A stretch of DNA of 64,000 bases from assembly GCA_964491925.1 (NCBI GenBank), contig CAZBGZ010000001.1, positions 257,621 through 321,620 on the forward strand, in the 5' to 3' direction. A program made the translations under genes and the position numbers. Within the stretch, counting starts at the first letter, position 1. Every line of letters starts with the position of its first letter. The notes beneath the pieces are model-generated. The model made no database searches. It saw nothing but the letters and a program-made list of their open reading frames with translations, and was not told the DNA's origin. The DNA is from an uncultured Candidatus Saccharibacteria bacterium. Its GTDB lineage: Bacteria > Patescibacteriota > Saccharimonadia > Saccharimonadales > JAGQNJ01. Shown here piece after piece: positions 9,898-19,573 of the stretch.

Positions 9898-10317
9898 GTG
9901 CTAGTTACTGGTAGCAGCGAAGCAGAAAATATAATTAGCATTTTCCCCGAAGATTTTTTAACTTTGGCCAACCAAGCACAAACCAGGATCGATGCACTTG
10001 CTCCGTTTATTCCCTTGGTTTTAGATGTTGATAGTCCGGGGCGCCACGACGTCCCTAGTGCCGAGGAACCAATAGATTACGGAGGGACAAGCTGGATAGC
10101 GAGTGCGTATTGTTCAGATAAACCAACAAATTTATTTTTCCCTTCCGACGGAGTTGGTGTTGAAATTGCGAGGAAAGTTTGCGCAGACTGCGTAGTCAAG
10201 ATGCCTTGTTTGGAGTATGCATTGCGAGAGAGAATTGACCACGGCGTTTGGGGTGGAACCTCAGAGCGAGAAAGAAAAAGAATATTAAAACGACGCCAAC
10301 AAGAGGCGCAACGTTAG
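9898..10317 (+). CDS. WhiB-like (Wbl) Fe-S transcriptional regulator
   Basis: Four Cys in the arrangement C-x29-C-x2-C-x5-C (AYC...CADCVVKMPC). These are followed by the GVWGG turn and a basic tail (ERERKRILKRRQQ), the WhiB hallmarks. The true start is probably downstream of the GTG at 9898. Confidence 0.75.
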   Translation: MLVTGSSEAENIISIFPEDFLTLANQAQTRIDALAPFIPLVLDVDSPGRHDVPSAEEPIDYGGTSWIASAYCSDKPTNLFFPSDGVGVEIARKVCADCVVKMPCLEYALRERIDHGVWGGTSERERKRILKRRQQEAQR

Positions 10318-10332
10318 CGTATACTGTTAGGG

Positions 10333-12978
10333 ATGGTTGAGGAATCCAAAACAGACCGAAAACGACTGGTGGTGATAGACGGTAAGAGTGTTTTTTACCG
10401 TGGGTATTATGCCATGCCCAATTTGAGCACAAAAGATGGTACGCCTACTGGTGGCGTGCTGGGCTTTGCGACAATGGCCCTAGAGGTAATTCGAAAATTA
10501 AAGCCGGATTATGTATGTGTTGCCTGGGACAAATCCGGTACAAATATACGAAAACGCCTGGAGCTATACCCAGCCTACAAAGCTGGTCGTAAACCTGCTC
10601 CACCAGATTTCAAAGAGCAAATACCAGTACTACACGATTTACTAGAAACTTTTGGCTGGCCACTTTACGAACTGGACGATTACGAAGCCGACGACATTAT
10701 GGGCACACTGGCCGTTCAGGCCAAGGAGCAGGGTATTGATACAGCATTAGTCACCAGTGATTTAGATTTGTTACAGGTTATAAATGGCAACGTGCACGTC
10801 TATGCACTGAAAAAAGGGTTGTCTAATATCGACTTATTCCACCCCGAGAGTTTCAAAGAAAAATATGGCATTGATGTGCACCAGTTTTTGGACCTAAAGA
10901 GTATCAAGGGCGATAGTTCTGATAATATTCCGGGGGTGCCTGGCATCGGAGAGAAAGGCGCAGTTACACTACTGCAAAAATATAAAACCCTGGACGGAGT
11001 TTACGAGAACTTATGGGAGATAAAAGATAGTTTGCGCAACAAACTAGAAGCCGGTAAAGAATCAGCATATCTCAGCAAAAAACTAGCAGCCATTTGGACT
11101 GATGCACCTATAAAATTAGACTTAAAAGAAGTTAATGGCAGCAAGTGTGACCCGGTGGCACTTCGTGCAAAATTAGAAGAGTTAGAGTTTCGTAATCTTG
11201 CCAGACAACTACCAGAAATAATGCAGGTACCAGAAGAAGTAGAACAAAAAAAGTCTGAAAAACTGACTGTCGGCACTAGTATCCACATCGCGAATAATAA
11301 AGATTTGGACAAGCTGACTTTGCCGAAAACTAATAAACTAGTTATCCATAGCATTAGCGACAAGCCACATGGACAACAGCCGTTATCGCTAGCAATTTCG
11401 CCCGATCCCAAAACTACGATCATCTTTGACCTAGCCGCACTTGACCGCAAGGCAGTAACCAAAAAACTAAAAAACTACATCGAACAGGCCAGTCTTGTTG
11501 GATATGATCTAAAATCTACTTTTCAGGTGTTGTACAGTTTGGGTATCCATGAATCGAATGTCGAACACGATGTTTTGATAGGTAGCTTCTTGGTAAATAG
11601 TCTGCGCCGCGACAAAACCCTAAGCGAAATGGCGGCAAATGACCTTAACATCCACGTCGAGGAAACTACTAATGGCAAAGACGGGGTGGGTAGCGAAGCA
11701 GAAATCATTGCAATTATCCGTGGGCTTCATGCGCAACAAACGAAGCAATTAGCAGGGCTACCAAAGGTAGAAAAAATCGCAAAAAATATTGAGTGGCCAC
11801 TAACGCCAGTATTGGCGCGGATGGAATACGCCGGCATAAAGCTAGATATTAGCCAGCTGGAAACCATGGCAGGCGAGATTGAGGACACAATTTCTGACCT
11901 TGAGCAAAAAATATATGGTTTTGCAGACCAGGAGTTTAACATCGCTAGCCCTAGCCAGTTAGCAGAAATTTTGTTCAATAAAATGCAGTTGCCAACGGCA
12001 GGTGTGAAAAAGGGGAAGACTGGTTATTCAACCGCAGCGGCCGAACTAGAAAAACTAAAAGGCGAGCATCCAATTATTGATTTAATTAGCCAATACCGCG
12101 AGGTTACCAAGCTAAAGAATACTTACGTTGATACGCTACCGAATCAAGTTGATGCTAACTCGCGCGTGCACACAACTTTTGCTTTAACAGTGGCACAAAC
12201 GGGACGGTTGAGCTCTAACGACCCAAACTTGCAAAATATACCTGTGCGCACAGAACTAGGCAAACGAATCCGCGAAGCTTTTATACCAGAAAAGGGTAAT
12301 TTATTTGTTAGTGCCGACTATTCACAGTTCGAGCTTCGACTAGCGGCACATTTATCTGGCGACAAAGAAATGATTGATGCGTTTAACCACGATATTGATA
12401 TCCATGTTGCAACTGCAGCGCAGATTTACGATTGCAAACCAGAAGAAGTTACAAAAAACATGCGCCGTGATGCAAAAGTGGTGAATTTTGGCGTTATGTA
12501 TGGGCTTAGTACTCATGGGCTGGTGGCGGCAACTGGAATGTCTTACGACAAAGCGAAGGAATTTATTGATAAATATTTTGGAGTTCGGCCAAAGCTATTG
12601 GCGTATATAGAATCAGTTAAAGAACAGGCTAAAAAAGACGGTTATGTGGAGAATTTGCTAGGGCGCCGTCGACCATCACCAGATGTGCATTCATCTAACT
12701 TTATGGTCAGGGAAGGGGCTTACCGTGCTGCCGTTAACATGCCATTTCAAGGTACAGCCGCTGACATTATAAAGTTAGCAATGGTAGAGGTAGATAAAAA
12801 ACTGGATGATGACTGCTTGCAGCTGTTACAAATCCATGACTCTATTTTGGTAGAATGTCCTAAAGCCAAGAGTGAGCAAGTCGCGAAGATATTGAAAGAA
12901 ACCATGGAAAACATCTATAAATTATCCGTAAACCTAACAGTGGACACCTCAATAGGCAAAAACTGGGGCGAATTATGA
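10333..12978 (+). CDS. polA: DNA polymerase I
   Basis: N-terminal 5'-3' exonuclease domain, motif A DYSQFELRLAAHLSGD, motif B RRDAKVVNFGVMYGLS and motif C QIHDSILVE. Confidence 0.95.
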   Translation: MVEESKTDRKRLVVIDGKSVFYRGYYAMPNLSTKDGTPTGGVLGFATMALEVIRKLKPDYVCVAWDKSGTNIRKRLELYPAYKAGRKPAPPDFKEQIPVLHDLLETFGWPLYELDDYEADDIMGTLAVQAKEQGIDTALVTSDLDLLQVINGNVHVYALKKGLSNIDLFHPESFKEKYGIDVHQFLDLKSIKGDSSDNIPGVPGIGEKGAVTLLQKYKTLDGVYENLWEIKDSLRNKLEAGKESAYLSKKLAAIWTDAPIKLDLKEVNGSKCDPVALRAKLEELEFRNLARQLPEIMQVPEEVEQKKSEKLTVGTSIHIANNKDLDKLTLPKTNKLVIHSISDKPHGQQPLSLAISPDPKTTIIFDLAALDRKAVTKKLKNYIEQASLVGYDLKSTFQVLYSLGIHESNVEHDVLIGSFLVNSLRRDKTLSEMAANDLNIHVEETTNGKDGVGSEAEIIAIIRGLHAQQTKQLAGLPKVEKIAKNIEWPLTPVLARMEYAGIKLDISQLETMAGEIEDTISDLEQKIYGFADQEFNIASPSQLAEILFNKMQLPTAGVKKGKTGYSTAAAELEKLKGEHPIIDLISQYREVTKLKNTYVDTLPNQVDANSRVHTTFALTVAQTGRLSSNDPNLQNIPVRTELGKRIREAFIPEKGNLFVSADYSQFELRLAAHLSGDKEMIDAFNHDIDIHVATAAQIYDCKPEEVTKNMRRDAKVVNFGVMYGLSTHGLVAATGMSYDKAKEFIDKYFGVRPKLLAYIESVKEQAKKDGYVENLLGRRRPSPDVHSSNFMVREGAYRAAVNMPFQGTAADIIKLAMVEVDKKLDDDCLQLLQIHDSILVECPKAKSEQVAKILKETMENIYKLSVNLTVDTSIGKNWGEL

Positions 12979-13448
12979 GCAGTAAAGATAAAGATTTATA
13001 CTACGTTGCCGTCAAGTTATTACTTCGAGACAAAGACCGTTTGCTTATTACACATGACATTTTTGGCGATTGGGATATTCCCGGCGGCCGTATTCGCAAA
13101 GAAGAGTTTGATAAACCACTTGAAACAGTTATCGAAAGAAAAATAAAAGAAGAACTAGGTGCTGATGTTCGATATTTGCTGGGCCAGCCATCTGTTTTTT
13201 TCAGAGTTGAAAGAAGAGAGGCTGGTTTAAACGGCAAGCTGGTTCGAATTTTTGCTATCGGTTATGAAGCCGTATATATTGACGGTGAAGTAAAGCTAGG
13301 CGATCATCATGATAGGTTAGATTGGGTCGATATAAATACTTTCAAGCCAGAGGAATATTTCAAAGGCGGCTGGGAGAATGGCATCCAAGACTATCTTAGT
13401 AAAAATATCTATTCTAAAAAACTAAACCACAAACCAACAAAAGCGTAA
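12975..13448 (+). CDS. NUDIX hydrolase
   Basis: Nudix box GGRIRKEEFDKPLETVIERKIKEELG, i.e. Gx5Ex7REUxEExGU. 4-bp overlap with the polA stop. Confidence 0.7.
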   Translation: MSSKDKDLYYVAVKLLLRDKDRLLITHDIFGDWDIPGGRIRKEEFDKPLETVIERKIKEELGADVRYLLGQPSVFFRVERREAGLNGKLVRIFAIGYEAVYIDGEVKLGDHHDRLDWVDINTFKPEEYFKGGWENGIQDYLSKNIYSKKLNHKPTKA

Positions 13449-13454
13449 TTATAA

Positions 13455-14276
13455 ATGGCGGATCATAAACTCTCAAAACTACTTGAAACACAGATAAGTC
13501 TGACGGAATGGTTGGCAAAAATTAACCACGCTGATGCCAAACCGCTTCGTGAAGAGGACAACATAAAACGGCAGCGTCTGGGCCAGATAAACGAAATTAT
13601 CGGGTTGCCTTATGACAAGCCAACTTCATTCGCCGCCGAAGATATAAAAAAACGTACTCCAGAGTTCCAGAGTTTTTTGGATGAACATGGTGATGAGCTT
13701 TGCGCCTTGAGATTAATGCCTAAAAAAGGCGTTCATGCAGAGAAGCTCCGCAACAGAGGTAAATCAATCAGGGACGTACTAGGCTGGTTTGATAATCTGA
13801 ACATAAATGCATCAGACTACATGGCTGATTTTGTACCACACATCAACGATTACTCGTGGGCGACAATATTCGTAGTAAATGAAAAAGGAATAGTCGGCGA
13901 AATCTATAAGGGTGGACACCACGTTTTAACCCAAGGGCTTTACGTGGGCAAATCGCCAGTTGTTTTTGGCTATGATTTTGCCTCTAAGCAATGGCAGATT
14001 AGCCCAGCAAACGAAGAAGCTTTGAAATACTTGAAGGAAATGACTCAGCTTTTGAAAGTAGCCGATAAATCTACCCAGAGAAAACTAAATGAAACAGTCG
14101 GCGCTGAATTTTCTAGCGACTACATTAAAGGTTATTTTGAGACGACACATTCATACGCGCAAGGGACATGGTTCATAGACTACAATCGGTTACTAGGCGA
14201 TCGCTACGAAAACTATATACTCCAACAACCAAGTAAAACTGTAGAGGGACAAATAAAAGGGAGAACTGCTTGTTAG
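13455..14276 (+). CDS. Hypothetical protein; N-terminal part of an interrupted gene encoding a PEP-utilizing mobile domain
   Basis: 273 aa ORF ending with TAG at 14274-14276. The same frame continues directly into a PEP-utilizing mobile domain. Confidence 0.5.
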   Translation: MADHKLSKLLETQISLTEWLAKINHADAKPLREEDNIKRQRLGQINEIIGLPYDKPTSFAAEDIKKRTPEFQSFLDEHGDELCALRLMPKKGVHAEKLRNRGKSIRDVLGWFDNLNINASDYMADFVPHINDYSWATIFVVNEKGIVGEIYKGGHHVLTQGLYVGKSPVVFGYDFASKQWQISPANEEALKYLKEMTQLLKVADKSTQRKLNETVGAEFSSDYIKGYFETTHSYAQGTWFIDYNRLLGDRYENYILQQPSKTVEGQIKGRTAC

Positions 14277-14567
14277 GGCAAAGTATCGGGGCGTATAAAA
14301 ATCGTAAATAACCCACAAAAAGGCGAGATAGATAAGGGTGATATTTTGGTATGTGAAATGACGACTCCCGATTATATTCCACTAATGATCAAGGCGAGCG
14401 GTATAATCACCGACAAGGGCGGGATTTTGTGCCATGCCGCGATTGTGGCCCGCGAATTAAACAAACCCTGCATTGTCGGTACCGAAAATGCTACAGCAGT
14501 TCTTAAAACGGGCGACGAAGTAATGATGAATGCAACAGAAGGCCGGGCTAGTTTGTCTAGAAAATGA
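14277..14567 (+). pseudogene. PEP-utilizing enzyme mobile (phosphohistidine) domain, in frame with the upstream ORF across a single TAG
   Basis: Translation immediately after the TAG gives GKVSGRIKIVNNPQKGEIDKGDILVCEMTTPDYIPLMIKASGIITDKGGILCHAAIVARELNKPCIVGT. This is the canonical PEP-utilizer swivel domain with the phospho-His in CHAAIV. No independent start or RBS at the domain boundary. The annotated ORF start at 14346 is a TTG inside the domain. Confidence 0.6.
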
Positions 14568-15111
14568 TTAGGGTGGCAATCGTGAAATAGATAGTTAGGC
14601 TAATCACGTCTTGAAATACGGATACGATAGGGTCGACGCCGCTGGCAGGGTCTATGTTCGCCTTATTCATTAGCGAGGTTGTTAAAAGTGAAAATACAGT
14701 TGCGGTTGCAATACTAGCCCACATAGCTAGACCGATAGTCAGTGCTACGGCATTAGAGTGAAGCCAATAACTAGTCACAAGTGCCGTAAAGCCACCAAAG
14801 ACTGCCCCTAACCCTAGCCCGACCATCAATTCTTTGAATAAATACACCTTGAACCTAGCCTGATGCAGCGTTAAATTACGAATATAAATAGTAGCCGTCT
14901 GTGTCCCGACAGAATCGCTCATATAGATAATAAGTGGGATAAAGAAGACCAGGCGAGGGTCGGAAGATAAAATTGTCTCGAATTTAGACACCAATACTGC
15001 GGTGCAAAGGCTAAGAACCACACCAATAAATAGCCAGGGTAAACGCAATTTTATCAGTTCCCATACAGTTTCCGTAGCATCGTTCGCGTAAACTCGCCTT
15101 TTTTTAACCAT
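14557..15111 (-). CDS. MgtE-family divalent cation transporter-like integral membrane protein (membrane domain only)
   Basis: About 5 TM helices with the conserved NIDPASGVDPIVSVFQDVISLTIYF motif resembling the MgtE/SLC41 membrane domain. Confidence 0.5.
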   Translation of the reverse strand: MVKKRRVYANDATETVWELIKLRLPWLFIGVVLSLCTAVLVSKFETILSSDPRLVFFIPLIIYMSDSVGTQTATIYIRNLTLHQARFKVYLFKELMVGLGLGAVFGGFTALVTSYWLHSNAVALTIGLAMWASIATATVFSLLTTSLMNKANIDPASGVDPIVSVFQDVISLTIYFTIATLIIF

Positions 15112-15179
15112 AACCTCTATATTTTACTCTATAAATCCAGAGTGGTAAGCTTGATATATTTGCACAAGCGTGTTATTAT

Positions 15180-15776
15180 ATGGTTGTTATGGATGTACGG
15201 AGACTGATTGCAATTTTTGTTACCATTATTGTGGTTATTTTCGGTACTATCATGATTTTCTCCATTGACTGGGGTGGTTCGAAAAAAGAAAAAGAACAAG
15301 AAAAAACAGCGATAGTCTTAACTGATTACGCCCAATCTAATGCAACAGTCAGCATGTATATGCGAGGTAATGTTAACAGCGACAAAGAGCACCAAGATCT
15401 ACGTATTACAGTGGGTAGAGATGAAGCAAAAGCAGAACTAATCAATGGCTACCAGAACAACGTTATAAAAACAGAATCAACAGCCAATAATCCAAATTCT
15501 TATCGTACTTTTCTTTCCGCACTATCTAACTCTGGTATTACGAAGACTCAGCAAGCACCGAAAGGCATTGACGCTGAAGGTGCTTGCCCAACAGGCGATT
15601 TGTATCGTTTCAGTTTCGCTGACTTTCCTGACCCTAGCCCTAGTGATACGTGGGCCACGTCTTGTGGTAAAAGGATAGGGACATTTGCGGGCAACCTCGC
15701 ATCAGTGAAGTCCTTATTTATTGATCAAATACCAGAAGACCAATACGATAGTCTGACTGAAAATACAGATTTTTAA
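15180..15776 (+). CDS. Hypothetical membrane-anchored protein
   Basis: N-terminal TM helix (LIAIFVTIIVVIFGTIMIF) and a soluble C-terminal domain. No recognisable family. Confidence 0.4.
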   Translation: MVVMDVRRLIAIFVTIIVVIFGTIMIFSIDWGGSKKEKEQEKTAIVLTDYAQSNATVSMYMRGNVNSDKEHQDLRITVGRDEAKAELINGYQNNVIKTESTANNPNSYRTFLSALSNSGITKTQQAPKGIDAEGACPTGDLYRFSFADFPDPSPSDTWATSCGKRIGTFAGNLASVKSLFIDQIPEDQYDSLTENTDF

Positions 15777-15805
15777 TATAACCTGCCCTAGGCTACAGTA
15801 AAGAT

Positions 15806-16384
15806 ATGATTAAAGCTATTATCTTTGATTGCTTTGGGGTTATTTACACTGATACTTTGGCAATTGTAGAGCGTAAATTCATCAAGCAAAATTCTGAAGA
15901 TATGGTCGCTATAAGAGACTTACGCCGCCAAAATGACCTAGGAATGCTGACTCGTGATGAATTTTGGAACCAAGCAGCGTCAATACTAGGTATCTCACGA
16001 GCAGAGCTAGACAAGCAAATATCTGGCACTACAGGAGCAGACTGGGAGCTTCTAGAATATATAAAACAGCTAAAGGGAAATTACAAAACAGCAATACTTT
16101 CGAACGTAGGGCAAGGTTTTCTAGAGCGAATCTTTGATGATGACCATCCCCAGAACAGCTATTTTGATACACTAATTGCTAGTGGTGATCATGGAATCAC
16201 AAAACCAGACAAAGAGATATACCTAATTGCCGCAGATCGGCTTGGGGTTGACGCACGAGACTGCGTATTTATCGATGACCTAGAGAAGCACACTGTGGGC
16301 GCCAGAGAAGTGGGCATGCAAACGATTATTTATAAAGATTTTGAGGATATGAAACAGCAACTAGAACAAATGTTAAAAAGCTAA
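15806..16384 (+). CDS. HAD-superfamily hydrolase (subfamily IA-like, variant motif I)
   Basis: N-terminal IIFDCFGVIY (motif I variant), GITKPDKEIY (motif III Lys) and VFIDDLEKH (motif IV DD). Confidence 0.6.
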   Translation: MIKAIIFDCFGVIYTDTLAIVERKFIKQNSEDMVAIRDLRRQNDLGMLTRDEFWNQAASILGISRAELDKQISGTTGADWELLEYIKQLKGNYKTAILSNVGQGFLERIFDDDHPQNSYFDTLIASGDHGITKPDKEIYLIAADRLGVDARDCVFIDDLEKHTVGAREVGMQTIIYKDFEDMKQQLEQMLKS

Positions 16385-16650
16385 TCACTTTTTATCACTA
16401 GTTGTGTTTTGTCGGGGAGTAATGTTTTTAACTCTTCCATATGAAAACGCAGAGTACCGGCCAGTGCAGAGCCGGGAACAGATATGATTATCGTACGGCC
16501 AACTATCTGCAATTTGGGGGTCTCATCAAATTTTTCTTGAATAAACTTGCGGATAACATCAAATTCCACGGGCTCTGGCACAGCTCGCTTATTCAAAATT
16601 TCGCTTATATCACTTCCCATGTTTTTATTATTGCACACGATAAAAAACAT
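16381..16650 (-). CDS. DUF721/DciA-like small protein
   Basis: The pattern IVGRTIIISVPGSALAGTLRFHMEELKTLL resembles the DUF721 core. Weak assignment. Confidence 0.3.
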   Translation of the reverse strand: MFFIVCNNKNMGSDISEILNKRAVPEPVEFDVIRKFIQEKFDETPKLQIVGRTIIISVPGSALAGTLRFHMEELKTLLPDKTQLVIKSD

Positions 16651-16805
16651 TTAACAACATAAGTGATATTCCTCACAATACGTTGGATAGCCTTGACCCA
16701 AGGGTTTATAATTATTGACGAAGCATAAGCTTTAATAAAAATCACTTTATAAAGCAAAAAGTACCTTAAATAATAGTAAAAACTAACACAAAAAAGGAGG
16801 TTTGC

Positions 16806-17168
16806 ATGCAAGCATTTAGAGACACCGACGATGGGCCAAGAATTGAGCTACAATATGGCTTCGAAGTAGGAGAACTAATGGTTGTTGTTGATGCAGTTGA
16901 GCCCAAGGGAGTTCGGGGACGTGTTGGTAAGTTAGTCGCGCGTAGATCTTTAAGCAAAGTTGATACAAGTCCAGATACTTGGTCTGGTCATAGCCCCAAG
17001 ATCATACAAGGAATGGCAGCAGAGGTTATAACTGGTGCGTTAGTTGATGCGAAACGGGGTGATGGAGCCAGTCATGTGGTTGCCGCATCGCTAATGGGTG
17101 GTACTGCCCTGGAAGCTGATCTTTATGGCCTTGTAGAAATAGTTGCCATGGCTGACGTTGCTGCTTAG
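16806..17168 (+). CDS. Hypothetical protein
   Basis: 120 aa ORF preceded by an unusually strong SD (AAAAAGGAGG, 6 nt before ATG) and a 150-bp AT-rich upstream region. No recognisable family. Confidence 0.4.
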   Translation: MQAFRDTDDGPRIELQYGFEVGELMVVVDAVEPKGVRGRVGKLVARRSLSKVDTSPDTWSGHSPKIIQGMAAEVITGALVDAKRGDGASHVVAASLMGGTALEADLYGLVEIVAMADVAA

Positions 17169-17209
17169 AATAACCCCCCGGCAACCAAATAATCAGTTAC
17201 AATTAATGC

Positions 17210-18091
17210 ATGCCAGAGTTGCCAGAGGTTGAAACTATTAGAATTGGGCTTAGTAAGCTGTTGCCAGGGAAGACTGTAAAGGCAGTCGATTTTGATTGGC
17301 AAAAAAGTTTTCCAAATGCAAAGCATGATGTTGAGAATTTTCTAATTGGTTCAAAAATAACAGATGTAAAACGACGGGCAAAAGTACTTATAATCGATCT
17401 AGATTCAGGCTATTCACTTATTATTCACTTGAAAATGACAGGCCAATTGGTCTTCCGCAGCAATGACGACAAAGAGCGTTTTGGGGCAGGACACCCAACT
17501 AGCAGCCTAATAGATAATCTACCGGATAAATCTACTCACGTAACTCTAGATTTAGGCGATAGTAAGTTGTTCTTTAATGATCAGCGTAAGTTTGGCTGGG
17601 TTCGGCTAGTGCCCACGCTAGAAATTCTGCAGATCGATTTCTTCAAAAAAGTTGGTCCAGAACCCCTGGCAGACGACTTTAAACCCAAGGATTTTATTGA
17701 TCGGCTTTACCGTCGTAAAAAGTCTAAAATCAAACCCGTGCTACTGGATCAGGCAGTTATTGCAGGGGTAGGCAACATTTATGCCGACGAATCGCTATTT
17801 GCAGCTGGGATCCATCCAGAATCGGTAATCAAGGACATTAAAAAATCAAAACTGGAAATACTATTCAAAGAGCTACAATCAGTTTTACGGCTCAGTATCG
17901 AAAAAGGTGGTTCTACAGATAAGAATTACGTTGACGCCGAAGGTAAAAAAGGCAGTTATTTGACTTTTGCGAAGGTTTTTCGACGAGAGGGCAGCCCTTG
18001 TCAGGCCTGTGGAACAACTATCGAGAAGATTAGAGTAGCTGGCCGCGGTACTCATATCTGTCCAAGTTGTCAGAAAAGGGTGAAATCATGA
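17210..18091 (+). CDS. mutM: Formamidopyrimidine-DNA glycosylase (Fpg/MutM)
   Basis: N-terminal MPELPEVE catalytic motif, H2TH region and C-terminal zinc finger CQACGTTIEKIRVAGRGTHICPSCQ. Confidence 0.85.
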   Translation: MPELPEVETIRIGLSKLLPGKTVKAVDFDWQKSFPNAKHDVENFLIGSKITDVKRRAKVLIIDLDSGYSLIIHLKMTGQLVFRSNDDKERFGAGHPTSSLIDNLPDKSTHVTLDLGDSKLFFNDQRKFGWVRLVPTLEILQIDFFKKVGPEPLADDFKPKDFIDRLYRRKKSKIKPVLLDQAVIAGVGNIYADESLFAAGIHPESVIKDIKKSKLEILFKELQSVLRLSIEKGGSTDKNYVDAEGKKGSYLTFAKVFRREGSPCQACGTTIEKIRVAGRGTHICPSCQKRVKS

Positions 18092-19011
18092 CCATTACTT
18101 TAGTCGGCGAGAATACATATCTACTGAGAAAAGAACTGAGTAAAATTATTTCTGACTTCGAACAAGAATATGGGGATTTATCCATAGAACGGTTTGCGGG
18201 CGAGGTTGCGATCTTTGAACAAATTTTTAGTGCAATAACCAATCCTCCATTCCTAACATCTAGGAAGCTAGTAGTAGTTGAATCGATTTCTTTGGTCAAA
18301 GATATTAATACTAGGTTTGAGGAATTGCTAAGAGAGCCACAAGATCAGATTGATGTTGTGCTAGTCGACGATAAACTAGATAAGCGCTCAGGGCTGTACA
18401 AGCATCTGAAAAAACGCACTGACTATAAAGAGTTCGCAAATATGCCTGCTAATAACATTTCGGGTTGGGTTAAAGCAGAAGTAATAGCTAGGGGTGGCAG
18501 TATCGATGACCCAAGCGCCCGCCTATTGGTAGAATACATAGGTACAAATCAACAAAAGCTAAGCAATGAAATCGATAAGCTACTGCAATACAATTCAAAT
18601 ATTTCAGTCGACACTATTAATCTGCTCAGCGTAAAACAGCCTAGTACTACAATGTTTCAATTGCTGGATGCGCTATTCGCAAAAGACACAAAGCTCATGA
18701 TGAGTCTTTACGATGATCAAAGGAAACAACAAGTCGAACCACTAACGATTTTGTCCATGGTGCTTTGGCAGCTGCATATTTTAGCGGTCGTAAAGACAGC
18801 TCCGAAGGGCAAAAGCAGTGAACAAATAGCCAAAGACGCTGGAATCCATAGCTTTGTCGTCCAGAAATCAGTAAATATAGCCAGAAAAATGAGCCTGTCA
18901 CAGTTGAAGAAATTTATAAGTGATGTAGTTGATCTAGAAGTGAAGTTAAAAACCCAAACCGTTGATGCAGATGACGCGGTTAAGCATCTGTTGTTAAACG
19001 CAACAATGTAA
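18067..19011 (+). CDS. holA: DNA polymerase III delta subunit
   Basis: 314 aa with the N-terminal pattern ITLVGENTYLLRKEL typical of delta subunits. Convergent with rpsT, a common holA/rpsT neighbourhood. Overlaps the mutM stop. Confidence 0.55.
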   Translation: MSEKGEIMTITLVGENTYLLRKELSKIISDFEQEYGDLSIERFAGEVAIFEQIFSAITNPPFLTSRKLVVVESISLVKDINTRFEELLREPQDQIDVVLVDDKLDKRSGLYKHLKKRTDYKEFANMPANNISGWVKAEVIARGGSIDDPSARLLVEYIGTNQQKLSNEIDKLLQYNSNISVDTINLLSVKQPSTTMFQLLDALFAKDTKLMMSLYDDQRKQQVEPLTILSMVLWQLHILAVVKTAPKGKSSEQIAKDAGIHSFVVQKSVNIARKMSLSQLKKFISDVVDLEVKLKTQTVDADDAVKHLLLNATM

Positions 19012-19028
19012 CTTTTTTATGAATGGTG

Positions 19029-19391
19029 CTACTTTTTAGCAGCTGGTTTCTTGGCTGGGGATTTTTTGACGGCAGGCTTCTTTGTGACTATGGACTTCTT
19101 TGGGGTAGCGCTGGATTTTGTGATTTTAACACCGGCGGCTTTCGCTTGGCGGGCTAGTTGAGCCTTTTTGCGAGCAGCCTTATTCTTGTGCATAACATTC
19201 TTCTTTAATGCTTTATCTATCGCACTTTGGGCTTGTGATTGTGCATCTGAAGCTTTTTTGCTGTCTTTCTTTGACAGAGTTGCTTGGAATGATTTAACGG
19301 CACTTTTTATAGCACGCTTGGCTTTGTTATTGCGCGCAGCAGCTTTTTCAGCGATTTTAACTCGTTTTTTAGCAGATTTTATGATTGGCAT
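19029..19391 (-). CDS. rpsT: 30S ribosomal protein S20 with Lys/Ala-rich C-terminal extension
   Basis: MPIIKSAKKRVKIAEKAAARNNKAKRAIKSAVKSF matches the S20 N-terminus. C-terminal KKPAVKKSPAKKPAAKK tail. Confidence 0.85.
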   Translation of the reverse strand: MPIIKSAKKRVKIAEKAAARNNKAKRAIKSAVKSFQATLSKKDSKKASDAQSQAQSAIDKALKKNVMHKNKAARKKAQLARQAKAAGVKITKSSATPKKSIVTKKPAVKKSPAKKPAAKK

Positions 19392-19573
19392 GTATTCTAA
19401 CTATTCCTTTTCCTAATCGATTAATATTGTTATTAATTAGACCTTTAACTATACAAAGAAACGGCTTATTTGTAAACACCCTTGTGGGTAAGACCATTTT
19501 CGCTATGGACAAAACATTATGCTTATGGTACATTGTTACCGATACTAAAAAACAAACAAAAATCTAAAAAAAT

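Noticed and set aside
10196-12000. Minus-strand ORFs inside polA (10196..10432, 11001..11462, 11523..11708, 11727..11978) and similar antisense ORFs in pnp, rnj, ftsK, pilB, pilT
   Set aside because: All lie opposite strongly supported conserved genes and lack motifs. These are standard spurious frames.
13455-14567. Possibility of an alternative genetic code (TAG sense codon), given two in-frame TAG junctions (9895 and 14274)
   Set aside because: TAG clearly terminates dnaG, rpoD and the WhiB-like gene at conserved protein C-termini. TGA and TAA also act as stops. A standard code is far more likely, so the in-frame TAGs are treated as local events.
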